From positions 8,122,001 to 8,186,000 of the forward strand of contig OZ024757.1 in assembly GCA_964016885.1 (NCBI GenBank): a DNA stretch of 64,000 bases, in the 5' to 3' direction. The translations under genes and the position numbers were made by a program. Shown in pieces: positions 40,301-52,567 of this stretch (position 1 is the stretch's first letter; the number at the start of each line of letters is the position of its first letter). The stretch comes from Eledone cirrhosa (lineage: Eukaryota). The notes beneath the pieces were generated by a model. That model did not search any database, was not told the DNA's origin, and saw only the letters and a program-made list of their open reading frames with translations.

Positions 40301-40764
40301 CCTTCCTCATTTCTAGTACCAAACCCATAGCCTCCATGGATTTCGTCGTAGCCGTCACAATGTTGTCCAACGTGACCATTTAGGTCGCCTGCAATAATTA
40401 TATAGTCACTGTCAGATATTTGGGAGGTAGTTAGCAACAGTGTCTCATAGAATCTGTCTTTTATAGTGCCGGGCAGTCCGGATTGGGGTGCGTACGCAGA
40501 TATTACTGTCACCGTAGTTCTATTGAGGACAAGTCGTATTTTAATTATTCTGTCGTTCACTCTATTTACGTCTATTATCTTATCTGCCCACTTTTCTGCT
40601 ACCATGATTCCTACTCCAGCCAGCCCATCGTCGTTTCCCACCCAGAAAAGCTTATAACATCGATTTTTACCCTCAATGAATCTAGCAGACCCACCCCTCC
40701 ACCTGGTCTCTTGAATACAACAAACATCGACCTCCTTACGTTCAAGCATTTTTACAACCTCGTT
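37372..40764 (-). mobile_element. Young RTE-clade LINE, slightly 5'-truncated
   Basis: Uninterrupted ORF, about 400-bp 3'UTR and (GAT)n tail; no 5'UTR. Confidence 0.97.
37771..40749 (-). CDS. RTE ORF: APE endonuclease, reverse transcriptase and embedded PHD-type finger, 992 aa
   Basis: CIQETRW, SAYAPQ, GDLNGHVG, QVDYIL, TSQHR; NYRGIKL, FVDLEKAFDRVP, GVHQGSVLSP, LYADD; C4HC3 motif; FRYLG; RLRWYGHV, GRPRKTW. Confidence 0.95.
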   Translation of the reverse strand: MLERKEVDVCCIQETRWRGGSARFIEGKNRCYKLFWVGNDDGLAGVGIMVAEKWADKIIDVNRVNDRIIKIRLVLNRTTVTVISAYAPQSGLPGTIKDRFYETLLLTTSQISDSDYIIIAGDLNGHVGQHCDGYDEIHGGYGFGTRNEEGSRILEFCDANNLTICNTNFKKRDNHLITYRSGEHTSQVDYILTRRRDRVSVVNTKSLPHEECTSQHRLIISDLIVRTRRTRQQKRTILRRKIWKLKDPTAKNKFQNILLDAFDSKEEHLESDNIEGQWEFLKANLLLATDEVCGWSRPVGRRRVTWWWNSKVEGSIKAKKQAWKVWRDGGSRVDYQVARREARREVYLARREAEERKFKHVLQHDDQKREVFRIARQCVKENRDIVGEKCVLNDDGILAITDTDKKVAWKCHYERLLNEENKWEKDSLPHIDPIEGPAVLVEGSIISKAIKDMKTGKAAGPSEIVAEMLKASGTVGHTMVTHIVNQVIQNGVVPKDWHSSIIVNCYKGKGDALDRSNYRGIKLIDQVMKVTEKVIAQLIRERIDLDEMQFGFVSGKSTTDALFIVRQLQEKYLAKGKPLYLAFVDLEKAFDRVPRSIIWWALRKLGVDEWHVRAIQAMYKETVSKVRINNEYSEEFSIKVGVHQGSVLSPILFIIALQAITEEFKTGCPWELLYADDLTLIAESMAELEKKFQTWKHGLESKGLKINLAKTKVLVCRKENKAAVPSGKWSCSVCRKGVGRNSILCPKCKVWVHKRCSGITGKLTKNIDFTCGRCSGAISSSKCPQNSSSFNCAEGSIEIVDSFRYLGDKISSGGGCSESTVARVRTGWKKFRELIPLLAAKGFSLKMKGRLYDACIRTAMLHGSETWALCAEDIRRLERNEACMLRWMCNSNIRERQSINELRKKKLEIRGIRCCLLERRLRWYGHVMRMKVDSCITKCRAIKIDGSHGIGRPRKTWDELINSDLTHLHLSKTMSLDRDLWQYSVTEKTRLT

Positions 40765-40799
40765 ATATATCTGTAATGTTATTTATATATATATATATA

Positions 40800-41135
40800 T
40801 GGCTTAGTGGTTAGAGCATTGGCCTTGCAATCAAAAGGTTGTGAGTTCAATTCTCAGACCGGGTGATGTGTTGTTTCCTTGAACAAGACACTTTATTTCA
40901 CATTGCTCCAGTTTACTCAGCTGTAGAAATGAGATGATAGGGACTGGGGTCCCTATCATTCCACTGCAAAGTGGTCGTGGAGGTGCCACGGCAAAAAAGC
41001 ACCCAGCACTCACTGTAAATGAGGTTGGTGTTAGGAAGGGCATCCAGCTGTAGAAATCAAGCCAGAATCAGTTTCCGTCCCACCCTTGCAAGCAAGGAAA
41101 AATTGGACGTAAAATGAAATGATGATGAAATGATG
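40800..41135 (+). mobile_element. tRNA-CORE SINE with RTE-derived 3' tail
   Basis: A/B boxes, CORE-like body, 11-bp hairpin atgatagggac/gtccctatcat, then ggttggtgttaggaagggcatccagctgtagaaa and (GAT)n shared with the RTE 3'UTR. Confidence 0.85.
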
Positions 41136-41361
41136 ATATATATATAACATATCTGTAATGTTATTTATATATATATATATAACATATCTGTAATATTATT
41201 TATATATATATAAAACATATCTGTAATGTTATTTATATATATATATATAACATATCTGTAATATTATTTATATATATATAAAACATATATGTAATGTTAT
41301 TTATATATATATATAACATATCTATAATGTTATTTATATATATATATATATATATGTAATG

Positions 41362-41392
<31 letters not shown>

Positions 41393-41861
41393 ACATATAT
41401 GTAATGTTATTTATATATATATATATATATATATAAAACATATCTGTAATGTTATTCAATTGAAATTTAAACTTAAAGGTGTAGTAATGCCACAAACGTT
41501 TTTCTATCTTTAAATAATTAGATACTTATTTATATAATTGTAAATACAAGTTCCACAGCACACACATATATATATATATACATGCTAGAGTCCCAGAGAA
41601 CGAGAGAAGAATGAAGGACAGGTATATGCATGGTAGAAATAGCAACCAAAGCCCAGCAAAGTACAGAATGAAGAACACACACACTCCCTCTCTCTTTCTC
41701 TCTCTCTCACACACACATATATATTTATGTATGCATGTATGTATATGGTTAATGGAATTATGTAATAAAATGAAGATGTACAAATAAAACTGTCTCTCTT
41801 ATTTATTACACTGACACTTCGATTGATACCTTACTGAGAAAATCCTAATCGTAAAGTGCTT

Positions 41862-41897
<36 letters not shown>

Positions 41898-41929
41898 GTG
41901 TAGGACATGAGTATATATATATATATATA

Positions 41930-42192
41930 TATCATCATCACCGTTTTACGTCCGTTCTTCCACGCTAGCATGGGTTGGACGGGTTGTCCTGTTGTGTGCA
42001 GTGTCTGGTCGGCTGACCATGCCTTGCTCATACAGGAACTGATCTGGCTTGATTTCTACAGCTGGATGCCCTTCCTAACACCAACCTCATTTACAGTGAG
42101 TGCTGGGTGCTTTTTCGTGGCGCCTACACGTCCACTTTACAGTGTGGGCTGGTGCTTTTTTGCCGTGGCACCTCCACGACCACCTTGCGGTG
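41930..42192 (-). mobile_element. RTE/SINE 3' tail fragment
   Basis: catcatcaccgttttacgtcc...cagctggatgcccttcctaacacc. Confidence 0.8.
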
Positions 42193-42353
42193 GGGGGGAG
42201 GGGGGGCATATTGTTTATATGCTTCAGCATGTACCCATGGGAGGTCGGGTACTCTGTATTACTGCGTGACGCCAGAAGTCACGGTCGTGTGTCATTCTCT
42301 TTGAGAGGTGTATTCAAAATATTAACAAAAATAGACATTCGTGTGATCAAGTA

Positions 42354-42420
42354 TATTTTAAAATACATATTTCAGAGGTACTGAGCTATCTTCAACAGTA
42401 CGTCCTCATCAGATAAAATA
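42354..42420 (-). ncRNA. Type I hammerhead ribozyme motif (inverted copy, changes next to the cleavage site)
   Basis: Minus strand: tattttat CTGATGA gga c gtact...agtac c tct GAAA tatgtatt ttaaaata. Confidence 0.6.
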
Positions 42421-42499
42421 AGATGATGCATGACATACCCTGACATACCCTGCCTGAATCTTAACCATCTACTATGTCAGGGTATGCCATGCTTCATCT

Positions 42500-42566
42500 T
42501 ATTTTATCTGATGAGGACGTACTATTGAAGATAGCTCAGTACCTCTGAAATATGTATAATAAAATA
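42500..42566 (+). ncRNA. Type I hammerhead ribozyme motif
   Basis: Stem I UAUUUUAU/AUAAAAUA; CUGAUGA 42508-42514; stem II GGA-C-GUACU/AGUAC-C-UCU; GAAA 42547-42550; minimal stem III AUA-UG-UAU; predicted cleavage after A42558. Confidence 0.75.
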
Positions 42567-42611
42567 TACTTGATCACACGAATGTCTATTTTTGTTAATA
42601 TTTTGAATTAA

Positions 42612-42657
<46 letters not shown>

Positions 42658-42705
42658 GTAAAGCACGATTAGGATTTTCTCAGTAAGGTATCAATGGAAG
42701 TGTCA

Positions 42706-43770
42706 TCCCGTTCTAACTCTGGCTACTACATTTTCAGAGCACTCTCCCCCACTGCTGATTTTGTCATCCAGGCAACAGAAAGTGTCCACTATTTCTATAG
42801 AACCATCTGGGCAGTAGAAGGTGCTAGTATCCTGTGGGTACTTGCTGCTTATTTCACCTGAGCATCGACCACTTATAAATCTACATTCTTAGATAGCTTA
42901 CCTGTGATCTCACTACATCTTTTATGTACCCATAGTTTGCATTTGGGACATAGAATGGAATTTCTACCTACTCCTTTCCTACACACTGAGCATGGCACCG
43001 GTGCCCTATTTTCTTTTCTACATACTAGACCTTTAGTCTTAGACAAGTTAACTTTAAGGCCTTTTGATTCAAGGCCATGCCTCCATTTTTGGAATTTCTT
43101 CTGTAGTTCAGCCATAGATTCAGCTAGGAGAGTTAGTTCAGCTGCATATAGAAGTTCCCATGGGCAGCAGGTCTTAAACCCCTCTGTTATAGCCTGAAGG
43201 GCAATAATAAACAGGACGAAGCTAAGGATGGGGCCTTGGTGAACCCCTACTTTTACACTAAATTCTTCACAATATTCATTGTTAATTCTAACCTTGCTGA
43301 CTGTTCCTCTATACATGGCTTGTATAGCTCTCACAAGCCATTCATTTACTCCTAGTTTTCTAAGGGTCCACCAGATAATGGAGTGGGGGACTCTGTCAAA
43401 GGCTTTCTCCAAATCAACAAAAGCTAAGTATAAGGGGTTTACTTTTAACTGGGTACTTCTCCTGTAGTTGCTGTACAAGGAAAATAGCACCTGTGGTACT
43501 TTTTACCTGGCACGAACCCAAACTACATTTCATCTAGATCTATTTGGTCTCTGATTAGCAGTGCTATAACTCTTTCTGTGACCTTCATGACCTGGTCAAC
43601 TGCCTGAATTTCTCTATAGTTTCCTCTATTTAGAGCATCTCCTTCGCCCTTGTAGCAGTTAACGATGATGCTGCTATGCCAGTCATCTGGTATGACCCCA
43701 TACTGTATTACTTGGTTTACTATCTGGGTGTCCATAGTATGTCCCACCATTCCAGATGCTTTCAACATCT
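42706..43770 (-). mobile_element. RTE RT fragment
   Basis: ORFs 43523-43789 and 42873-43490 carry RT and PHD-like motifs. Confidence 0.9.
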
Positions 43771-44159
43771 CAAAAGTGGCCCTGTTCAATATTTATAAAA
43801 GAAGTAGGCATAAACTCTACAGAATGTACACCATGTAAATCTTGGATACACAAGTGATGTAGTGAGATATCGGGTTGGCTAACAGGAAGGGAACATTTTG
43901 TATGTAAAAGATACACAGGGGTAATTGAGAAGAAGAGCGTCAATGATATAAGCCTATTCCAATGACAGGAAGGATCCATAGAAGGGGTTGATAGCCTCTG
44001 TTATCTAGGTGACTTAATTAGCAGCAGAGGAGGGCACCCTGAGAACATAAGAGCTAGAATAAGGAGAGGATGGGGGAAGTTTAGAAAGCTACTCCCACTG
44101 TTGATAAATGTTTTCTCCCTATGTACAAAAGGATGACTGTATGATGTCTGTGTATGAAT

Positions 44160-44570
44160 TGTGGTGCTACATGGTCAGTGACTGCAGAGGACATGTGGTG
44201 CTACATGGTAGTGAAACATGGGCTGTGACTGCAGAGGATATGTGGTGCTACATGGTAGTGAAACATGGGCAGTGACTGCAGAGGACATGTGGTGCTACCT
44301 GGTAGTGAAACATGGGCAGTGACTGCAGAGGATATGTGGTGCTACATGGTAGTGAAGCATGGGCAGTTACTGCCGAGGACATGTGGTGCTACATGGTAGT
44401 GAAACATGGGCTGTGACGGCAGAGGACATGTGATGCTGCATGGTAGTGAAACAGGGGCTGTGACTGCAGAAGACATGTGGTGCTACATGGTAGTGAAACA
44501 TGGGCAGTGACTGCCGAGGACATGTGGTGCTACATGGTAGTGAAACATGGGCTGTGACTGCAGAGGATAT
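44160..44570 (+). repeat. 47-bp minisatellite derived from RTE coding sequence, about 9 copies
   Basis: Unit gtggtgctacatggtagtgaaacatgggcagtgactgcagaggacat encodes VVLHGSETWAVTAED; starts at 44195, 44242, 44289. Confidence 0.93.
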
Positions 44571-45104
44571 GCATTGTCTTGAAAGAAATGAAGCAGCCAT
44601 GCTTCAGTGGATGTGGAAGAAAGACAGAGCCTGGATGAACTGAGGGAGAAACTGGGTTAAGAGTAATCCGAAGTGGTGTGCAAGACAGAAGACTGTGTTG
44701 GTACGGACATTTGGTGTACATAGATGATGATCATTGGGTGAAGAAGTGCCAGGGAATCCCAGTGGAACGAAGCTACAGTAGAGGTAGACCAAGAAAGACC
44801 TGGACAGAGGTGATGAAAGCTGATCTTAAAAATGATGACACAGGATTGAGATAACTGGTGTTATGTAGTTATACTGAGGACTTGCCCTCCAATAGGCATG
44901 GTTAACGTATTCATCTGGTATGCACATCCTACCATGCCTCCCCCTTTCCTCCAATTCCCACGGCCTAACACACCTCCCTCTACCCATGTCCTAACACTCC
45001 ACATGCACCCTAACACTCCACCCTTCACCAGGTAAGTGCCCCACATTAGATCAATCCCATGCACCTCCCCCATCCCAGCCTATAGTCTACAATATAATGT
45101 GGTC

Positions 45105-45470
45105 GTCTTGTTGCCACAATAAATAGTACCCAGTCCACACTGTAAAGTAGTCATGTTGGTGCCATGATAGTACCCAGTTCACACTGTAAAGTAGTCATGT
45201 TGGTGCCATGATAGTGCCCAGTCCACACTGTAAAGTAGTCATGTTGGTGCCATGATAGTGCCCAGTCCACACTGTAAAGTAGTCATTTTAGTGCCACAAT
45301 AAATAGTACCCAGTCCACACTATAAAGTAGTCATTTTGGTGACATGATATTGTCCAGTCCACACTGTAAAGTAGTCATGTTTGTGCCACAACAAATAGTG
45401 TCCAGTCCACACTGTGAAGTAGTCATTTTGGTGATACTGCAGAAAGCACCCAGTACACACTGCAAAGTAG
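45105..45470 (+). repeat. About 44-bp minisatellite derived from the RTE 3'UTR repeat, about 8 copies
   Basis: Unit tagtacccagtccacactgtaaagtagtcatgttggtgccatga. Confidence 0.88.
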
Positions 45471-47489
45471 TTGGCGTTATGAATGGCATCCAGTCATGGA
45501 AACCAAGACACGGTCATCTGATCTGAATTGTCTCACAATAGGACAACTCATCTAACCCATGCTAGCATGGAGAAATGGTCATTAAACAGTGATGATGATG
45601 ATTATGATGATGAAAGTCTACGGTGCTGAGACCACAAATCAAGGGAGTAGTCTATTGATGTGAAGAAGTAGAGTGGGTATAGAGGAAGGTAAACACATAC
45701 CTGAGACATGAATGTGTAACCTAGTAGTTAGTGACTTTATAGTTATGTCTAGAGGAGCTCAAAGACAGAGGGCAACCTGGAGAAGAAGAATATGGAAGAT
45801 AAAGGAGCCCTCAGCCAGGAACACATTTAGAGATATTTTGTTTGACACTTTTCACAGTAAAGAAGAAGATATAGAGACTCAGAAGATAGAGGAGGTGTTG
45901 GTGTTATATATATGTATGCTCTGATGGATGAGCAGCATTAGGAAACTGAGGGAATAAGTTGGTATAAGAGAAAGTAGATGTAGTGTGCTAGAGAGAAGAC
46001 TACGTTGGTATGGACATGTGATGTGTATGAAAGATAGCAGCTGCATAAAGAAATGGGGAAAAACTGATGCGGTTAGGACCATTGGAAGGGGCAGACCCAG
46101 GAAGACATGGGATGAGTGTGTGAAGACCTTAAAAGACCTCACAACAGAAATGACAAAGGACCACAAGGGCTGGCACTATGTTATAATAGTGAAGACCTGG
46201 TCAACAGCATACACTGTGGCCTGACCTAACCCCTTATCTTCCCTCTCCCTAGCACTCCCTAACAGGTATTTCTCTCTACACCACCCCACCCACTCCTCAT
46301 CTGCTGCCCCCTTCAAAACCTCTAGGATCCCTCAGAGTTCACAATCTAGTAGACACTCCCTCACTGTTATGTACTCCATCCATGCCCCCTCCACTCGTAC
46401 TCCCTAGCAGCTCCCCTCATCTCCACTAAATACCCCCACTCCATCCATGCCCCCTCCACTAGTACTCCCTAGCAGCTCTCCTCATCTCCACAAAATACCC
46501 CCACTCCATCCATGCTACATCCCTCTAGTATTTCTCCCTTAGCTTCTGTCTCCTCCACTATAAACCCTTAGAACCCTTCACTATCACACCTTAGTAGCTA
46601 CCATGCCCCCTTCCCTATCACTCTGCTATTCTCTCCATCACTACACCTCCCCGTTTCTGACATGGGTGAGTGCCACCCCCACCACTTTGGTGTTCTCATC
46701 TTCATGGAAAAAGACAGGAGATAGGTGAAGAGGACCCTTCAGTGGTGTCAAAGACAGGACAATGTTCCTAGTGTTGGTGATCTACAAGATAAACACACCC
46801 ACTACATGCTATAAAGTTGGTGCTAGGAAGGGTATCCAGCCATAGAAAGCTTGCCATACAAAGTGCTGGGAGGACCCTTCACTTGTGTTAAAGACATGAA
46901 AACCTCTCCTGTGCACTTGATAGTATGTGAGATCATACATAAGAGAGATAACAGACTCCTAACCATCCTGGAAGGTCAGCAGCCGTGCATCAGTACTGAC
47001 TTAGTCTATCTATACCCATCTATCCCTTACTAGCAAGGTAAGAAGACATTAAAACTATGATGATGATGATAATATATGTATATGTGTGTGTAGTGAAAGA
47101 AATGTTTTCCCACAGTCTTCTCTTATCGACATGGCCACCAAAAAGTGACCTGTGACTTCGCAGAGAAGACAACAGTTAAATTTTCTGGAGGCTAGGTTTA
47201 CAGCACCATTCCTACAAAGGAGAACTTATTCTGGGGCCATCTGTTATTTATCAAAAATAACTAGCTGTCATTATAAATAGGCTGTCCTGTGGTCCTAACT
47301 CTGTCATCTGCCTCTTCATAAAAACAACACAGCTCCCTTGCCACTGCTTACTACTACCTCTACTGGTACATACTGTCTGACTACAACTTGTCAATATTTA
47401 ATCAAACATAGCATATTAAACAAAGATTCTCCAGTACAACACTATATTCATTTGTAAATACTACAATCAAACATTATATTTATGATTTG

Positions 47490-47680
47490 AGGGTGGTGAA
47501 TTGGCAGTATCGGCAGAGAGTTGGACGCCATGCTTTCTAGCATAGTTACGTCCCTTTACAGTCTCAGTTCAAATCCCGCCGAGGTTAACTTTGCTTTTCA
47601 TCCTTACGGGGTCGATAAAATAAAGTACCAGTAATGTACTGGGAAATTGCTGGCCTTGTGCCTAAAGTAGAAACAATTAT
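47490..47680 (+). mobile_element. Nin-domain tRNA SINE
   Basis: tggcagtatcgg (A box), gttcaaatcc (B box), tttcatccttacggggtcgataaaataaagtaccag. Confidence 0.8.
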
Positions 47681-47939
47681 ATTTATGATTTGAAGTAATC
47701 AGATATTTTTACCTTTTTGCTGAAGTGAAGTAAACTTATATCTAACCTGAATTATTATTTGTCTTGTTTATCATCCTCTTTCATAACAACCACTAACTTC
47801 CCTTCATGTCTACACACAGCTACATGTCTAATTCTCTTAATTTAAAATGTTTAAAAGTGAGTTGGCTGCTATTTCTAGCACATCGAGTAACAAGGTAAGA
47901 GACTGCTTCGTTGATATGCAATACTTATTTTATTGGTGA

Positions 47940-49054
<1,115 letters not shown>

Positions 49055-49140
49055 GATATACACATACATATATATTTGTATGTATATATTTGTGTGTGTG
49101 TATACAGAAATAATATATACACTACTTAATTATATATATA

Positions 49141-49464
49141 TTCTCAGACCGGGTGATGTGTTGTTTCCTTGAGCAAGACACTTTATTTCACATTGCTCCA
49201 GTTTACTCAGCTGTAGAAATGAGATGATAGGACTGGGGTCCCTATCATTCCACTGCAAAGTGGTCGTGGAGGTGCCACGGCAAACAAAGCACCCAGCCCA
49301 CACTGTAAAGTAGACGTGTAGGCGCCACGGAAAAAAAGCACCCAGCACTCACTGTAAATGAGGTTGGTGTTAGGAAGGGCATCCAGCTATAGAAATCAAG
49401 CCAGAATCAGTTCCCGTCCCACCCTAGCAAGCAGGGAAAAGCGGATGTAAAATGATGATGATGA
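49141..49464 (+). mobile_element. 5'-truncated CORE SINE with RTE tail and about 85-bp target-site duplication
   Basis: Same family as 40800-41135; flanks 49056-49140 and 49464-49550 are direct repeats. Confidence 0.88.
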
Positions 49465-49704
49465 TATACACATATATATATATATTTGTATGTATATATT
49501 TTTGTGTGTGTATACAGAAATAATATATACACTACTTAATTATATATATATATACAACATATCAAAATAAATCAAATAAATTTAACAAACGACTGAATCT
49601 ACCAAAATAGAATATTTTATTTATTTATAATTTGGTGATAAACAATATTTTTGGTAAAAGTAATTCTTCTCTTTTTCACACTTTCTTTCTTTCCATCCTT
49701 TTTC

Positions 49705-49744
<40 letters not shown>

Positions 49745-49942
49745 CACACAAGGGTATAAAGTTGTGGTGTAGCGTGATAGACTTGCTGCCACAATAAAAT
49801 ACACCCTGTTCACTCTGTAAAGTGGTTGTCATTGAAAACGTCATCCAGCAATGTCTGGTCTCGTTCCATGACAACACAACCCATCCAGCTAATGCTAGAA
49901 TGGAACACAGATATAAGATGATGATGATGATGATAATAGAGA

Positions 49943-50148
49943 CTAATTTTCCTTTGAATCTAGACAATCAAGAGCCTCAAAATATTCTTTTACTTTTAGA
50001 GCTTCTTTCAGAGTGGCTATGGTGCATTCTTCTGGTTTACATTTTTCACACCATCTGCGTAACATTAGAAAAGCCCATTTCACAACACTCTTAGGATTGT
50101 CATGCTCTATTGTGTCAAGTTCAATAGATGGAACTTCTAATTCAACAC
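49943..50148 (-). CDS. Death-domain protein, terminal coding exon
   Basis: Acceptor tattttacag; (G)VELEVPSIELDTIEHDNPKSVVKWAFLMLRRWCEKCKPEECTIATLKEALKVKEYFEALDCLDSKEN*; no internal stop. Confidence 0.78.
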
Positions 50149-50624
50149 CTGTAAAATATAAAACAATAAGAAACCAATACTATAACAACAACAACAACAT
50201 TAAACAGATTAGTTATATAAAATATGTATACCACAGGTTGTTGTAAATAACAAAGTAACTAGCTGTAGAGTAATAGAAATAATTAACATAAACATTCTAA
50301 AACATTGTTGTATGTTTCCAAGGATACCGACAAAAATAAAGAAGCTGAAGTGAGGAGAAGAAAGAAGAACAAGATTAAAGAAAATAGACTTGAGAAAATT
50401 ATGGCAAAGAAATGGCAGAAGTTTTTGTATTATCAGAACTGGTTCAGAATTTAAATATCCAACATTGATAACCAACATTCACAACATGTCATCCATAGGA
50501 AAGGTTTAAAGGATGAGATTGAAGACCCTCAATAACATCACAAGATCAGTGTCTGAAATAGTCATATTTCTGCCTAAAATCTACCAAGACATCAATGACA
50601 AGTGACAAACATTTCCTCATCATC

Positions 50625-51930
50625 ATCATCATCATTTTACATCCTCTTTTCCCTGCTTGCAAGGGTGGGATGGGTCCTATTCATCATCTCTCCATTTGAG
50701 ATGGTCCTTTGTCATCTACTCTGTGAGCTTCAGCGATCTGAGGTCTGCTCTCACCACCTTTTCCCCATATTTTTTGTGGTCTTCCTCTGCTGCGTCTTCC
50801 TTCCACTGGGATATCTTGGCACTTCATTACTCAGCAGTCACCCGCCATGCATATCACACATCCATACCAACACAGTCTTCTCTCCTGCACACTATATCTT
50901 ATCTCTCTTATACACAGTTTCTCTCTCAACTCGTCTATGCTGGGTCATTCACACTCATTGACATTGCACATCCAACGGAGCATGCTTGCTTCATTTCTCA
51001 GCGGCCGTCACATTTCCTCTGCAGTTGCTGCACATGTCTCACTACCATACAGCATCACACATCTCACACAGCCATCATATAACCAGCCTTTCATTCGTAG
51101 GGAGAAACCCTTCTTCAACAGCAGAGGAAGCAGTTCCCTAAACTTCTTCCAACCCATCCTTATTCTAGATACTATGGCCTCGGAGCACCCTCCTCCCATA
51201 TTAATCTGATCACCTAGGTATCAGAAGCTATCAACTAACTCTGTAGATCCTACCTGCATTTGAAAAATGTGTCTATCACTGCGACTTCTACTGTCAAATT
51301 TCCCTGTACATCTACTGCATACGTAGTTTTCCCTACCTGTCAGTTTGCCTGCTATCCCACTACATCTCTTGAGTACGCAAGATCTGCATTGCTTACATTT
51401 TATACATATCGAACATGGCCATTTCCCTGGTGGAATCAGAGTTTTGTCCTCTTTTCTACTCATCAACACTTTTGTCTTAGCTAGGTTAACTCTGAGTCTT
51501 CTTGGTTCCAACTGCTGTTTCCATAGCCAGAATTTATTCTCTAGCTCCTCTACTGATTCTGCTATAAGAACCAGATCGTCAGCATAGAGAAGTTCCCATG
51601 GACAGCCAGTCTTAAACTCCTCTGTTATGGCTTGGAGGACTATAATGAACAAGAGCAGGCTGAGGACCGAACACTGATGTACACCTACTTGTATCTTGAA
51701 TTCCTCACTAAACTCCATTCCTACTCTCACTTTACTGACAGCACCCCTGTACATATCTTGCACTGTCCTCACAAGCCATTCCTCTACACCTAGTTTCCTT
51801 AGGGACCACAAGATGACAGATCGGGGTTCTCTATCAAAGGCCTTCTCTAGGTCAACAAAAGCTAACTATAGTGGTTTATTCTTCTCTAAGAACCTCTCTT
51901 GTAGTTGTCTCACTAAGAAGAGTGCATCCT
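50625..51930 (-). mobile_element. RTE LINE fragment in the death-domain gene intron
   Basis: ORFs 51221-51811 (LYADD) and 51008-51199; (GAT)n tail. Confidence 0.9.
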
Positions 51931-52567
51931 TGCTGCTAAATTTAATGGACATGTTGAGTAGCACCAAGGTGACTCTTTTGGAGTACATGATAGCTAGAGG
52001 TAAGGCTTGAGGGATCAAGACTCCTACAGTTCTGTGGTGTAAATGACTTCAAGATATCAGCCAGTCATTTGATCAGGTAGACATACAAGCTAGATTAACT
52101 TTATTCTTATCAGAAAACAAATAGACAGATGGTTGTGAATATTAAATGTTTTTCCAGAGAAGGAAGCCTTTGGTAGAGAGTGTGGACAAAGGAAGACCAT
52201 AACCTTAACAATAAGACTACACCATCTGATAAGACAAAAATGACTGAAGAATGAAGGAGTAACAATCTCTAGGAATAATGTAGGGTGGTCACACCTGGAA
52301 CACCCTCTATTATAAATCTGCAGATCATGGCAGAACCGAGACTAAATAACAATAACAACCTATCTGTAAATTGAATATGTTTCAATAAAAACAAACAAAA
52401 ACATTCCCATTAACTCACTTGTTTACCCCAATACACCAACAGATTTTTATTCCCTGTTTTAGAAGACAATATTAGTTATATTGTGTCTTCTAATTTATCC
52501 ATTTTTACCAATTCAGTTAAAAGTAAACTTTATAGAAATCAACAAGATACTGTAATCTTATACTCAC

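Larger units (their letters stand above)
36975..41455 (+). repeat. Compound satellite aacatatctgtaatgttattt(AT)n, split by an RTE and a SINE
   Basis: Same unit at 36975-37372, 40765-40800 and 41136-41455. Confidence 0.9.
42312..42608. mobile_element. 297-bp palindromic element (136-bp arms, 25-nt loop), probably Penelope-like pLTR-derived
   Basis: 42312-42447 is the reverse complement of 42473-42608 with few mismatches; each arm contains a hammerhead motif. Confidence 0.8.
43771..46205 (+). mobile_element. Decayed RTE fragments with two internal minisatellites
   Basis: PHD remnant, LHGSETW repeats, GRPRKTW, tail at about 45590-45612; a second fragment at 45715-46205. Confidence 0.75.

Noticed and set aside
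37835-40776. Numerous plus-strand ORFs opposite the RTE ORF
   Set aside because: Antisense shadows that recur in every RTE copy.
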